Positions 37,801 through 49,252 of a DNA stretch of 64,000 nt are shown one piece after another. Positions within the stretch are counted from its first letter, which is position 1, and the number at the start of each line of letters is the position of its first letter. The translations under genes and the position numbers were made by a program. Origin of the DNA: Macrostomum hystrix (taxonomy: Eukaryota; Animalia; Platyhelminthes); NCBI GenBank assembly GCA_950097015.1, contig CATNEN010000039.1, positions 17,732,001 through 17,796,000 on the forward strand, in the 5' to 3' direction. The notes beneath the pieces were generated by a model that saw only the letters and a list, made by a program, of their open reading frames with translations, searched no databases and had not been told where the DNA came from.

Positions 37801-40800
37801 CAGAGGGTTAGCGGGTCCATAGAGCGGGGGCAGCAGAGGTTAGCGGATCCAGGGAGCGGGGGGCGGCAGAGGGTTAGCGGGTCCAGGGAGCGGGGGGCGG
37901 CAGAGGGTTAGCGGGTCCATAGAGCGGGGGCAGCAGAGGTTAGCGGATCCAGGGAGCGGGGGGCAGCAGAGGTTAGCGGATCCAGGGAGCGGGGGGCGGC
38001 AGAGGGTTAGCGGGTCCATAGAGCGGGGGCAGCAGAGGTTAGCGGATCCAGGGAGCGGGGGGCAGCAGAGGGTAGCGGATCCAGGGAGCGGGGGCAGCAG
38101 AGGGTTAGCGGGTCCAGGGAGCGGGGGGCGGCAGAGGGTTAGCGGGTCCATAGAGCGGGGGCAGCAGAGGTTAGCGGATCCAGGGAGCGGGGGGCGGCAG
38201 AGGTTAGCGGGTCCAGGGAGCGGGGGCAGCAGAGGTTAGCGGATCCAGGGAGCGGGGGGTAGCAGAGGGTAGCGGATCCAGGGAGCGGGGGCAGCAGAGG
38301 GTTAGCGGGTCCAGGGAGCGGGGGGCGGCAGAGGGTTAGCGGGTCCATAGAGCGGGGGCAGCAGAGGTTAGCGGATCCAGGGAGCGGGGGGCAGCAGAGG
38401 GTAGCGGATCCAGGGAGCGGGGGCAGCAGAGGTTAGCGGATCCAGGGAGCGGGGGGTAGCAGAGGGTAGCGGATCCAGGGAGCGGGGGCAGCAGAGGGTT
38501 AGCGGGTCCAGGGAGCGGGGGGCGGCAGAGGGTTAGCGGGTCCATAGAGCGGGGGCAGCAGAGGTTAGCGGATCCAGGGAGCGGGGGGCAGCAGAGGGTA
38601 GCGGATCCAGGGAGCGGGGGCAGCAGAGGGTTAGCGGGTCCAGGGAGCGGGGGGCGGCAGAGGGTTAGCGGGTCCATAGAGCGGGGGCAGCAGAGGTTAG
38701 CGGATCCAGGGAGCGGGGGGCAGCAGAGGGTAGCGGATCCAGGGAGCGGGGGCAGCAGAGGGTTAGCGGGTCCAGGGAGCGGGGGGCGGCAGAGGGTTAG
38801 CGGGTCCATAGAGCGGGGGCAGCAGAGGTTAGCGGATCCAGGGAGCGGGGGGCAGCAGAGGGTAGCGGATCCAGGGAGCGGGGGCAGCAGAGGGTTAGCG
38901 GGTCCAGGGAGCGGGGGGCGGCAGAGGGTTAGCGGGTCCATAGAGCGGGGGCAGCAGAGGTTAGCGGATCCAGGGAGCGGGGGGCAGCAGAGGGTAGCGG
39001 ATCCAGGGAGCGGGGGCAGCAGAGGGTTAGCGGGTTAGCACTTTTTCCAATAAACCATCCGTTGACCTAAATTCAGTTCAACCATGGACTTCGGTCTGCA
39101 AGAAATACTCTGCATCAGTTATTCGGATTGATCAGCGAAGTGAAAAACAAGGCACAATTTCTTGATGCTTTTAATTGGTTGACTGTCATTTTCATGAAGA
39201 GGAAACACAAACGAGATTGGCTGGCTTCCCCTCAAACCCACACAGAACAAGACGGAGCCGCGCTTCCATTGGGTGGCAAGCATTTCTGGGTGGAAATTAA
39301 TTGTTAATTCAGGGCCCCAAGGCACAAAAGACTCCTGTAAATAAAAAAATCTCTAACCTAAAAACACAAATAGAATCTGAAGGAATAAAACACTTCAGTC
39401 TTAATGTGATCTGGCGATCATGTGACACTCCGACAATCACACAGCTGCTGCTTTGGTAAGTAGGCCTAGCCCATACTGCTTTTCTTAAAATATAAGCCTA
39501 GGGGAAAAATATTTTTAAGACTTGAGCCACATAGCAAATGATGACTTCGCTCTAAATTCCGCACTGTACCAGCCATCCGCTCCCTGCTCCGCGCAGTCAG
39601 AACTCTCTTCACTCCCTCCGCTCTCTCTCCCGCTCCTCCAAGCCATCCGCTCTCTCTCCGAGTCCCTCCAAGCCATCCGCTCTCTCTCCGGCTCCCTCCA
39701 AGCCATCCGCTCTCTCTCCCACTCCTCCAAGCCATCCGCTCTTTCTCCGAGTCCCTCCAAGCCATCCGCTCTCTCTCCCACTCCTCCAAGCCATCCGCTC
39801 TTTCTCCGAGTCCCTCCAAGCCATCCGCTCTCTCTCCCGCTCCTCCAAGCCATCCGCTCTTTCTCCGAGTCCCTCCAAGCCATCCGCTCTCTCTCCCGCT
39901 CCCTCCAAGCCATCCGCTTGCTCTCCGAATCCCTCCAAGCCATCAGCTCTCTCTCCGAGTCCCTCCAAGCCCTCCGCTCTCTCTCCCGCTCCCTCCAAGC
40001 CATCCGCTCTCTCTCCCGCTCCCTCCAAGCCATCCGCTCTCTCTCCTGCTCCCTCCAAGCCATCCGCTCTCTCTCCCGCTCCCTCCAAGCCATCCGCTCT
40101 CTCTCCGAGTCCCTCCAAGCCATCCGCTCTCTCTCCCGCTCCCTCCAAGCCATCCGCTCTCTCTCCGAGTCCCTCCAAGCCATCCGCTCTCTCTCCCGCT
40201 CCCTCCAAGCCATCCGCTCTCTCTCCGAGTCCCTCCAAGCCATCCGCTCTCTCTCCCGCTCCCTCCAAGCCATCCGCTCTCTCTCCGGCTCCCTCCAAGC
40301 CATCCGCTCTCTCTCCCGCTCCTCCAAGCCATCCGCTGTCTCTCCGAGTCCCTCCAAGCCATCCGCTCTCTCTCCCGCTCCCTCCAAGCCATCCGCTCTC
40401 TCTCCGAGTCCCTCCAAGCCATCCGCTCTCTCTCCCGCTCCCTCCAAGCCATCCGCTTGCTCTCCGAGTCCCTCCAAGCCATCCGCTCTCTCTCCGAGTC
40501 CCTCCAAGCCCTCCGCTCTCTCTCCCGCTCCCTCCAAGCCATCCGCTCTCTCTCCCGCTCCCTCCAAGCCATCCGCTTGCTCTCCGAGTCCCTCCAAGCC
40601 ATCCGCTCTCTCTTCCGCTCCTCCAAGCCATCCGCTCTCTCTCCGAGTCCCTCCAAGCCATCCGCTCTCTCTCTGAGTCCCTCCAAGCCATCCGCTCTCT
40701 CTCCGAGTCCCTCCAAGCCATCCGCTCTCTCTCCGAGTCCTTCCAAGCCATCCGCTCTCTCTCCGAGTCCTTCCAAGCCATCCGCTCTCTCTCCGAGTCC

Positions 40801-43227
40801 CTCCAAGCCATCCGCTCTCTCTCCCGCTCCCTCCAAGCCATCCGCTTGCTCTCCGAGTCCCTCCAAGCCATCCGCTCTCTCTCCGAGTCCCTCCAAGCCC
40901 TCCGCTCTCTCTCCCGCTCCCTCCAAGCCATCCGCTCTCTCTCCGAGTCCCTCCAAGCCATCCGCTCTCTCTCCCGCTCCCTCCAAGCCATCCGCTCTCT
41001 CTCCGAGTCCCTCCAAGCCATCCGCTCTCTCTCCGAGTCCCTCCAAGCCATCCGCTCTCTCTCCGAGTCCTTCCAAGCCATCCGCTCTCTCTCCGAGTCC
41101 TTCCAAGCCATCCGCTCTCTCTCCGAGTCCCTCCAAGCCATCCGCTCTCTCTCCCGCTCCCTCCAAGCCATCCGCTTGCTCTCCGAGTCCCTCCAAGCCA
41201 TCCGCTCTCTCTCCGAGTCCCTCCAAGCCCTCCGCTCTCTCTCCCGCTCCCTCCAAGCCATCCGCTCTCTCTCCGAGTCCCTCCAAGCCATCCGCTCTCT
41301 CTCCCGCTCCCTCCAAGCCATCCGCTCTCTCTCCGAGTCCCTCCAAGCCATCCGCTCTCTCACCCGCTTGTTCTAAGCCATCCGCTCTCTCTCCCGCTCC
41401 CTCCAAGTCATCCGCTCTCTCTCCCGCTCCCTCCAAGCCATCCGCTCTCTCACCCGCTTCTTCTAAGCCATCCGCTCTCTCTCACGCTCCCTCCAAGCCA
41501 TCCGCTCTCTCACCCGCTCCCTCCAAGTCATCCGCTCTCTCTCCCGCTCCCTCCAAGCCATCCGCTCTCTCACCCGCTTCTTCTAAGCCATCCGCTCTCT
41601 CTCCCGCTCCCTCTAGGCTAGGCCTACCCACTTTCTATTCTTCCCCCTTCAATCAATCAGCTCATCGTTTCCACTCCCTCCTAGCGATCTGCTTTCGATT
41701 TTATTTATATTCTGTGTTCTATTTCTATTCTGCTTTCTATTCTCACCCCACATACCCACTCCCTCTTCCACTCGTCCAGCTTCCACTCCTTTTTCTCCTT
41801 AGCAACAGCTCACTTTTTCCCATTTCCCTGCCATCTGCTGGTTAACAATAGCTGGCTTATTTCATTTGCATTCTCTAACTTGGTGCTCCTTTCCATATGT
41901 ATAACATCGGGAAGTTTTGTTGGCCTTAGGCTTGCTATATGGACACTAGGCCTATTTTCATATCGCATAAAAGATGAGGCAGTTAGGCCTTTATTAACAT
42001 TTATTCTGACCTTACAAAGTATGTGTGAGTCTATACAAAGAACAGCGATAGGCCTATGCCTAACTGCTGTTGTAGGCCTATCCTGTAGGCTTAGGCCTAT
42101 AGGCTACACAGGTGCACATAGTAGGCCCACTGAGACACTGTCGACTCTACAGGTTTCTCTTTTTTCTAATTGGCTGTTGAATTCATTCCTAAGAAAAACT
42201 TTTCCGAAAACACTTGGTAGCTGACGTGTCTTCAACGGCGTACTGGAAGTAGCATAGTTCGAACATGCATGGAGAAAAAAAAAGCAAAATAGGCAGACGA
42301 TCGCTTCTTATTTCAGCAAAATCTTTTTTCGAAAAATGGGACAGTACTCAATTTGGAAAGGCAAATGAAGCATTTAATCATAAAAGTGAGAAACGAAATT
42401 GACTTCTTTATCTTCAATACAATATTTCCTAACTCATCCATCAATTTGTTATGATGTCTACAGTTCCAATCCCTTGCTTTTGAGTGTCAAAATAAAAAAC
42501 CGAACATCAGATTCCTTGTTCGGCTTGATGATGCATGAAAATAGTTGTTCGGTTTTGGTTGTACAAGGTCTATAACTTTTTTTCTACTGAACCAATTCGG
42601 CTCCAACAACATTGTTTCGAAAGAAAAAAGTGTTTTCTACAACTTTCGGTTGTTTTCACTTTGATATTCAGCGTAGTTAAATTTTAAAAGAAGGTTGAAT
42701 GTGTAAAATCATCGATTTCTTGTTCGGTTGATGATGTTTTACCCTAACAATAAAAGTCATAACAGACTTTGTTTTAATTGTCTTTATGGCAGCCAATTTT
42801 GTACAAATATTTTTAAAGACAAGTTAATAGATAGCAGAGAATATGGCAACAAACAAAAAGACTAGAAGCCTACACAATAACTAGGCCTAGGATTCTTCAT
42901 ATAGCTATAAGCCTATAACTATATCTTTAGGCTAAGACCTAGTCTTGTTAATAGGAATACCATCAATATTTCAAAGTTGACTAGACTAATATAATAAAAA
43001 GCACATATCATATTAAAATTTACAGGCCTAGTGCCTATAGCAAACATGTTTTAACTCAACTTACATTGCAGATGTTTTTTCTTTGGAGCCATTTGTTCTT
43101 CTGTGGTTGCCTTGCATACTACTTTAGCCAGGCCTGCTCCAGAAATAGAATGCTTTGCTGCAGTAACTCTGTCCCTTAAACTCTGGCCACTGCCACTGCC
43201 AGCCAGTTGCTTTACAACATTTGACAT
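16856..43227 (-). CDS. PICALM: Clathrin assembly protein PICALM/AP180 (ANTH); exons 43227-43065, 22327-22017, 21538-21218, 19686-19314, 18967-18845, 18764-18418, 17131-16985, 16888-16856
   Basis: [59 protein letters not shown] motifs, [15 protein letters not shown]-terminal DPFGAL; GT-AG phases consistent; intron 1 = 43064-22328. Confidence 0.92.
17196..18406. repeat. 30-bp minisatellite (AAGAATCATGGAAGCTGGCAGACCAGCTAA)n in a PICALM intron, interrupted by a MITE
   Basis: Tandem units on both sides of 17310-17731. Confidence 0.95.
17310..17731 (-). mobile_element. Second copy of the ~420-bp MITE, 2-bp TSD (AA)
   Basis: Inverted copy of 3773-4189; the array unit CTAAAAG became CTAA[element]AAAAG. 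Confidence 0.85.
20191..20800. repeat. 30-bp minisatellite (GCTGTCACCATCCATTCCTTCTGCGAATCA)n
   Basis: About 20 near-perfect units in a PICALM intron. Confidence 0.95.
21660..21906 (-). mobile_element. tRNA-derived SINE copy in PICALM intron 2
   Basis: Reverse complement matches 13093-13390 from head to ATT tail. Confidence 0.7.
25409..25860. mobile_element. Nested MITE, ~115-bp TIRs, 8-bp TSD TTGTCTGA
   Basis: 25411-25523 inverted at 25747-25859; TTGTCTGA at 25401-25408 and 25861-25868. Confidence 0.8.
26144..26406. mobile_element. Small degenerate MITE inserted in the right TIR of the foldback element, 9-bp TSD ACTGC(G/A)ACT
   Basis: Splits the TIR motif GTGACTGCGACTCTGATCT; internal IR ATCGGCTCAGAATAACAAA / TTTGTTATTCTGAACCGAT. 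Confidence 0.65.
28702..35675 (-). CDS. Spliced pogo-like transposase fused to an OTU cysteine protease; exons 35675-35304, 32835-30984, 29843-28702 (1121 aa predicted)
   Basis: HTH-psq ([16 protein letters not shown]); CENP-B HTH (FTEAEEQ...[11 protein letters not shown]); DDE_1 triad FNCDE / FTDLHDS / QPLD with 35-aa spacing; OTU motifs [28 protein letters not shown]; phase-0 and phase-1 GT-AG introns join in frame. Confidence 0.82.
31098..31642 (-). repeat. Coding 30-bp repeat encoding an ([16 protein letters not shown])n linker
   Basis: In-frame 10-aa repeats inside transposase exon 2. Confidence 0.85.
32919..35148. repeat. 30-bp array (AGAGAGGAGAAGCCTGAGGTTGACCTGGGA)n filling transposase intron 1
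   Basis: About 74 indel-free units; 450-bp higher-order duplication (33740 vs 34190). Confidence 0.95.
35801..35883 (-). promoter_or_regulatory. Candidate transposase promoter (TATAAAA 35807-35801; CCAAT boxes at 35849-35845 and 35879-35883)
   Basis: Motif match about 125 bp upstream of ATG 35675; no expression data. Confidence 0.3.
37675..39038. repeat. G-rich ~31-34-bp minisatellite (GGGTTAGCGGGTCCAGGGAGCGGGGGGCGGCAGA)n inside the transposon
   Basis: Tandem repeat with up to four G-runs per unit. Confidence 0.9.
39612..41613. repeat. C/T-rich ~30-bp minisatellite (CCCTCCAAGCCATCCGCTCTCTCTCCGAGT)n inside the transposon
   Basis: Direct tandem repeat. Confidence 0.95.
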
Positions 43228-44519
43228 ACTCTGGTCTCTGGACACTGTTCTGCCTTATACAAATACTTACAAGTTTACTATTAGGCCTAGCTAAAAATGA
43301 AATTTGAGAAGTAGTGGCTAGGCCTAGGACTACAATTTAATACAAGGATGTAAGCTAACTACTTTTTCGATTTCAGAATGACACGCAAACGAAATTATAG
43401 AGATCAGCAGGTCAGTGACTGTGACTAGTGCACATTTTTAGTGTGAAAAGTTAATCCTGGTTTAATAGCTAAGATTGCTGTGATTATTATGTGTACACTG
43501 AACAATGATAAGTAAACTATTGGTGCGAGTGCCCGATCGAATCTATTGACACTAGCCAACTGTTAAAAATGGTAATTAATTGCGGACTTGACTAGAAATA
43601 TGGGTTAGTAAACAAAATAATATAATTCGCTAAAGTGCAATCTTGAGGTTATGCTCTCTACTACCTAATAACGAATTAGTATTTATTAGTTACAAACCAT
43701 ATGTGAATTATATCTACATTAATTTATCCTATTCCAAGCAAATTAGTCTGTCAGTTAGTCAGTTTGCGTTCTGGTTGTTGTTAGTGGATATGTTTGTATA
43801 TGGCAAGAAGACTTGAATCGTACTTTCCGTCATAAGTTTAAAAAAAAGTACATTTCTTTTAAAAGAAAAACAAAGTAGGTGCAGTTGCAAGTATTATAAC
43901 TTTACTTTAAAATTTAAAAATCATTTTCAGCAGCGCTTATAATAATTAACCAGTCCTAACTTTAAATCATTTGTAATAAACTTAGAAACTGAATTTAATT
44001 AATAATCAAAACCGGGAGCTGACTCGCCGTTGCTCTGTAGTCCTCCAAGCTTACACGATGAAGCAAAAGACCGAACAAATTTTACAAGGAGCAATCGTGA
44101 AATTGCATCGCACGATCTTCTACTTGTTCTATCACTTATTTATGCGGCAATAAAATTTGCAGAAGATAAATATTTTTGCATCTCAATTTCACCTCCAGAT
44201 CGACTTTGCGGTCACTATTCGTTTGGTTATAACGAAAATTAGAAAGATATAATAAAAATTCGATAAAATATATAAAATTTGGATGCTCTCATCTAGAAAT
44301 GCAATGCTGTTTTAGGCTACCCTGTCGGCAGCTGACATCCTCTTATAGTTCGAAGGCCAAATTGATGAGTATAGTTGGCTTTGTCGGCAGAGCTGGGCTT
44401 GGCGGTACAGCTTATGGTTGGTAACGCTGGCAATCGTAATTAGCGAGTTGTGGTCAGGGTCCGCGTGTGGGCGTTGTACAGGACCGCACTTTCGATAACC
44501 ACAACAGCCGGTCTGTAAG

Positions 44520-45178
44520 TGCGGGGCTCTGCAGGACAGTTCGCAGCGAACGAATTCGAAAAGCCTACTAGGCAAGGTTCTCTGCGCTGTACGATGTCGT
44601 TCTGTATGAACTATATAGGAACCAGGCCGCCTTAGGTAGACAAACTCTGTGCAGTCAGGTGGCATGGAGCGCCACTAGCCCGCTCAATTCCCGGCAGCGA
44701 ATCTCAGCCAGAAGGTCCATTTGCGCCGTCAGCATCATCGTTTTCCGGGCGTTTACAGACTGCGCGACCACAGCTGCCGCGGCCGTCAGCATCATCGTTT
44801 TCCGGGTGTTTACAGACTGCGCGACCACAGCTGCCGCGGCCGTCAGCTTGTCAAGCAGGCGTTGGGCTCCTTTAACAATACTTGACGCGGCAATGTCAGG
44901 GCGTCTGCGTAACGCCAGTATAAAAAGTTGCTTCTCGGGATGTCGACTGCTCGTTCTGCGGCAGTTTAAAAAGCCATCGGAGGATGCATACGCGCAGGAT
45001 GCTCACGATGCCAGCCGGAGGATCCGCACCAACCAGCAGCATAGGAGTTTGGCCCGCGGCTGGTCGTCCACGTCAGCGAAGTCGGCCACGCGGCGGTTAC
45101 GCTCGCGAAGCCGTTCTTTTTGTCGGCGTTTTGACGCCAGGGCGTCTAAACAGTCCACAACTGCGATTTTCAATAGCT
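44520..45178 (-). pseudogene. Possible decayed ADA2/TADA2-like coding remnant with a 57-bp tandem duplication
   Basis: Fragments LKIAVVD..KRRQKER, SLPGIE, RRPGSY and RLFEFV in different frames resemble the ADA2 C-terminal half in order; stops present. Confidence 0.25.
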
Positions 45179-46966
45179 ACCACAGAAGCTATTAGTAGCA
45201 AATGTTACTTTTAGTAATTAGCAGAACATTTCTAATTAATTTATTCATTAAGCAAACATGAAAAGAGCTTAAAATTATATTGCAGTCTCATAGTTTGTGC
45301 TATGAAAGAATAGAAAAACAAAACAGCGATTTGAGGCTATCAATCAATTCAATAAATCAATTATGTTGGTTGCATTAGTTGATCCGTGCTCAGATGAGTT
45401 CGTGAGCAGCTCATATACATGCGATATCAATAGAGACAAACACAGAGGATTGCACAGTTCAGAGAATTAAGAGGGGACTATTAATTAATTCTCACGCATT
45501 GACTATTTCTGGTACTTAGATGTTTTGTCCAGACTTTATTTACTCAGAGCCATAATTTGATCACAATAGTAATAATGAATTTACAAGTACGAGCATACTG
45601 ATCTGTATAGCTACACTACTATACACTACTACTACATTTTCTATAGTGCAGTGTGCTAAATATAGAAAGTTTATATTTTGTAAGCATATAGCTAAGATGG
45701 TGTAAACAGTAGTACCATCACGGTTGAAAGCAGCGTTATTTAAAATAATCTTATAAAACTTATAAGTTTTAACAGTACGAGTATTGTTAAAGAACGATTT
45801 GAAGCGAAAACAAGTTTGAAGAAAACTGGGTGTTCATATGGTGCTTTATTGGCACGTAATTTTTTATGCTGTATGTTTTCCACCTTAGAACTTAATTATT
45901 GTGCGATTTTCTGTCGTTAATATTTGTCAAATGTGTTCATGCTCGGATGCAATAGGATAAGAGTGTTGTACTCGCGACTCCCCGGAGGGGTGCACCTAGG
46001 AGGGTCAGAGTACGCGGGCCCGTGCTGGCCTGCGTCAGGGCGCGAGTGTCCGCACGGGACCCTAAGTCTGGGGCGTCAGGACGCACCCAAGTGGCCGGCA
46101 CACGCGTAGGGACGCTGTGATGTCGATCACCTTCAGCAGGGCGTCAGGGCGCACGAGCTGGCGTCTAAGTACAGCAGGTGTACAGTACAGGGTGACCCTT
46201 GGCTGACTACCTGGTCTAGTCCCCCCTCCTTAGTCGGCGTCAGGACACACGGACGGTCCCATGCCATTGTTAAGTTGACAGGACTCAGGGGCGAAAAACT
46301 AAATACACTATATAGGTTGGTAGTGTTCTTTAAAACAAAAAGAAGTATTTCTTTTTTTTATTAAACGTTTCCGCGATTTTTTATTTAAAAAAACATAACG
46401 GCAGCGCTACACAAGGATATACAGATTGCTAAATTACCGTTGCAAAGCAATCATGCATGCCAAAGTCCTTTCGAGTTCAATATGGAAATCGTTTTTTTGC
46501 AGATTTAGAAAATTATTGCACACATATACATTTTAGCGTTTCGATTGTTACAAGTTATGGTGCTTGTACAATGTTTAGGTGCTAGCTATGAAATACCATT
46601 GTTGGTCGAGAATGTTATTGTCATGCAAGCAACTTCAAAGTCAGGTAGATATTGCCTGTGTGAGTTAGTAAAATGAATGAAAATTCTCTACTTAGTTTAT
46701 ATGAAACCTTTCTAACACTTCGTATCTTCTGATAAAGCTAAAAAAATTGCGAACGACAAACTTATTTAGTGCCTTATCTCGCTTAGAACTGAATTTTACA
46801 GCTACATCAAGCTACCCTGACAACGGTCTTGTCATTGGTCCGTCCAATCAAGGCGTGCCGATCACCAAGCATATTGGATTTTCGAGATAGATTAATAGAC
46901 AGGTGATAAAAGGTTAAGTTACACAGAGTTTCTCAGCGCCACACAAAACAGGTTCCAGGGTAGGTC

Positions 46967-47999
46967 ATGAAGATTCCAGGTTTTGTTTTGATTTTGCTGC
47001 TCTGCTGCATCGTCAGCTCCAATGGCGCCCTAATTATGAAGGTGAACTTCACTAAGACTCAAACATGCCCAGCCAGCACAACCCTGAGTGGGCTGGCCAA
47101 GCTGGAAGCTGCAGCAGATTCTAGGACCTGCTTTGTTGAGTGCGCCGTCATGAAAAACTGCTCCGTGATGTTCAGGAGCAGCTCCTTGGCTGTGTGACTA
47201 CTTTGGTGACTCACAGCAGTTGGCTACAAAGTTTTCTCTGACAAACTCATCTGGACCTGGACAGCTATGTGAGAGTCACGTGAGAACCTGGGAATGGCCG
47301 GTGAGCCCGTCAACTGCGCCTGCAGTTCCGACGCCTCCACCAGCACCAGGTCTGGCCGCGAGTCTGCTAGCCAAGCTGATCATCTTCTTTGACTTCAGAG
47401 TGAGCTATTTCAACCTTGTCAACCCGGCCAAGTATCTAGCCACTCCTCACGGATCTGTCTCGAGAGATTCTACGGGAGTAATTTTTCCCGGGGGGAGCGA
47501 CCAGAACTACATTGAAGTCGACACGGACGGAAATTCGTTGGCTGCGAATTACCTTGGACAATCAATGAAATTCACTATATACTCGAGAACATATCGGCAA
47601 GGCACTCACCAGACTTATCATTACTTTTATGACTGTTCAATGACTATCAATCGCGGAGAATTATTCGACAATAATGGTAAGATCTATTTTGCGCACAATT
47701 TTACAACATCAGTTTCTTTGAAAAGAACTAGCAGTACAGTGTTCAGTAGCCCCGGCTCAAGTACGCTAGCTTCAGTTGGTGTCATCTTTGATGGTAACAC
47801 GGTTACAAATTTTTACGAGAAAGGCAGCGCTGAGAGTGCGTCAACCGACACCACAACGATTTCTGGTCCACCTCTGTGCCTGCGCCTCGGATACAACAGC
47901 AACCCATCCTACTCATTCAGCGGCCTGTTTATCTGCTATGCCGTTGCTAATGACGCGCTCACTATTAACGAAATTCAGCAAATAGCTACGTATTGTTGA
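46967..47999 (+). pseudogene. Intronless secreted PAN/apple-like + Pro linker + ConA-like (LamG3) protein with one frameshift near 47189
   Basis: Signal peptide MKIPGFVLILLLCC; Cys pattern CFVECAVMKNC...(frameshift)LCDYF; C-terminal LRLGYN..FSGLF...ALTINEIQQI typical of LamG3/ConA folds. Confidence 0.55.
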
Positions 48000-48137
48000 A
48001 ATATGAGATATAGCAAGCAATTCAATAGTTCGTTTTAATTGAGAATGCACTGTGGAGATGTCTTGAGTCTGCAACTTATTCCAAAGCTTATTTTTGGTAG
48101 CTTTTCAAAAGCCTTTTAAACGGTAAAATTATGCTCT

Positions 48138-48468
48138 TGTTGTGCACGTGCGCTGGCACTGCTCAAGTGCACTCGCCCCCCCCACGCGGCATACCGCAGT
48201 TGTTTTTGGCGTTAAAGGCTCAGCGGTGTAAGCCGCTTAGCCGCCATTGTGTTGTCTGCTCGCTGGTTGGCTGGGCTGCCCTGTGTTGTGTGGCCCTCAC
48301 CCCAGACTGCCCCTCCCCCAGCTGCGCCGTGATTGGCCGTTGGGTAGCTGGGCTGGAGTGGTGGGGTGGGGGTGGGGCGTGGGGGGCCCCGGCCCCGGGT
48401 GAGCCGTGGCCTATATAGGCGCGGCCGGGGGCGGGTGGCCGCCCGTGCTGGTGTTCTCGCTCTACAAC
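48138..48468 (+). mobile_element. GC-rich LTR-like island (TGTTG...TACAAC, reverse CCAAT, TATATAG)
   Basis: Terminal near-inverted ends and promoter motifs; no TSD found. Confidence 0.3.
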
Positions 48469-48507
48469 GCCTGACTAACGTTTCGATATTCAACACGCTT
48501 CAAAAAA

Positions 48508-48856
48508 CCCTGTCTTATCTTCCCGCCTCGTCTCTCTCTCATCTCATCGCCTCCGTCTTATCTCCCCCTGTCTTATCTCTCTCCTGTCTTATCTCTTCTC
48601 TGTCTTATCTCTCCCCTGTCTTATCTCTCTCCTGTCCTATCTCTCTCCTGTCCTATCTCTCCCCTGTCTTATCTCTCCCCTGTCTTATCTCTCCCCTGTC
48701 TTATCTCTCTCCTGTCTTATCTCTCCCCTGTCTTATCTCTCTCCTGTCTTATCTCTCCCCTGTCTTATCTCTCCCCTGTCTTATCTCTCCCCTGTCTTAT
48801 CTCTCTCCTGTCTTATCTCTCTCCTGTCTTATCTCTCCGTTGTCTTATCTTTCCCG
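48508..48856. repeat. 16-bp minisatellite (TGTCTTATCTCTCCCC)n, inverted relative of the 902-1828 family
   Basis: Tandem repeat. Confidence 0.9.
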
Positions 48857-49252
48857 CGTATTTCATATACACGGGAAGATAACCATCGTTTGATGACTAA
48901 TTCAATATTTAGATTTTTTGCCTGAAACACTATTACTTACTTACAGTAGATAAACAAATTTAGTGTCAGGATAGAAATTTATCTATTGAATGTCAAATAT
49001 TTATTTGCGAACGCGTTAATTCGCCAGCTTGCCAACGGCCTCAATTTGACCATTGTCATGAGATTGGTCAAGTGCGAGATTAAGAATCTTTGACAAATTT
49101 TATTTTGTTTGCAACTGATTCAAGAACCACTAGTGGTAGCTTTTGTAGTCTTTAGTAAACTACTAGTCTTAGTAGTAGTTTAGTTATGCAAAACTAATTT
49201 TGCATAACAAGTACGCTCAATATTTATCCTTTTTATACATGTAAAAGTTCGT

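Larger units (their letters stand above)
26852..42744 (-). mobile_element. 15.9-kb pogo-superfamily (DD35D) DNA transposon encoding a transposase-OTU fusion
   Basis: Perfect 24-bp TIRs GGGTAAAACATCATCAACCGAACA (26852-26875 / 42721-42744); TA at 26850-26851 and 42745-42746; subterminal CATCA(A)ACCGAACA repeats at both ends; internal DDE gene. Confidence 0.9.

Noticed and set aside
37840-41845. Long repetitive ORFs ([16 protein letters not shown], etc.)
   Set aside because: Translations of tandem arrays, open in several frames, with no unique domain.
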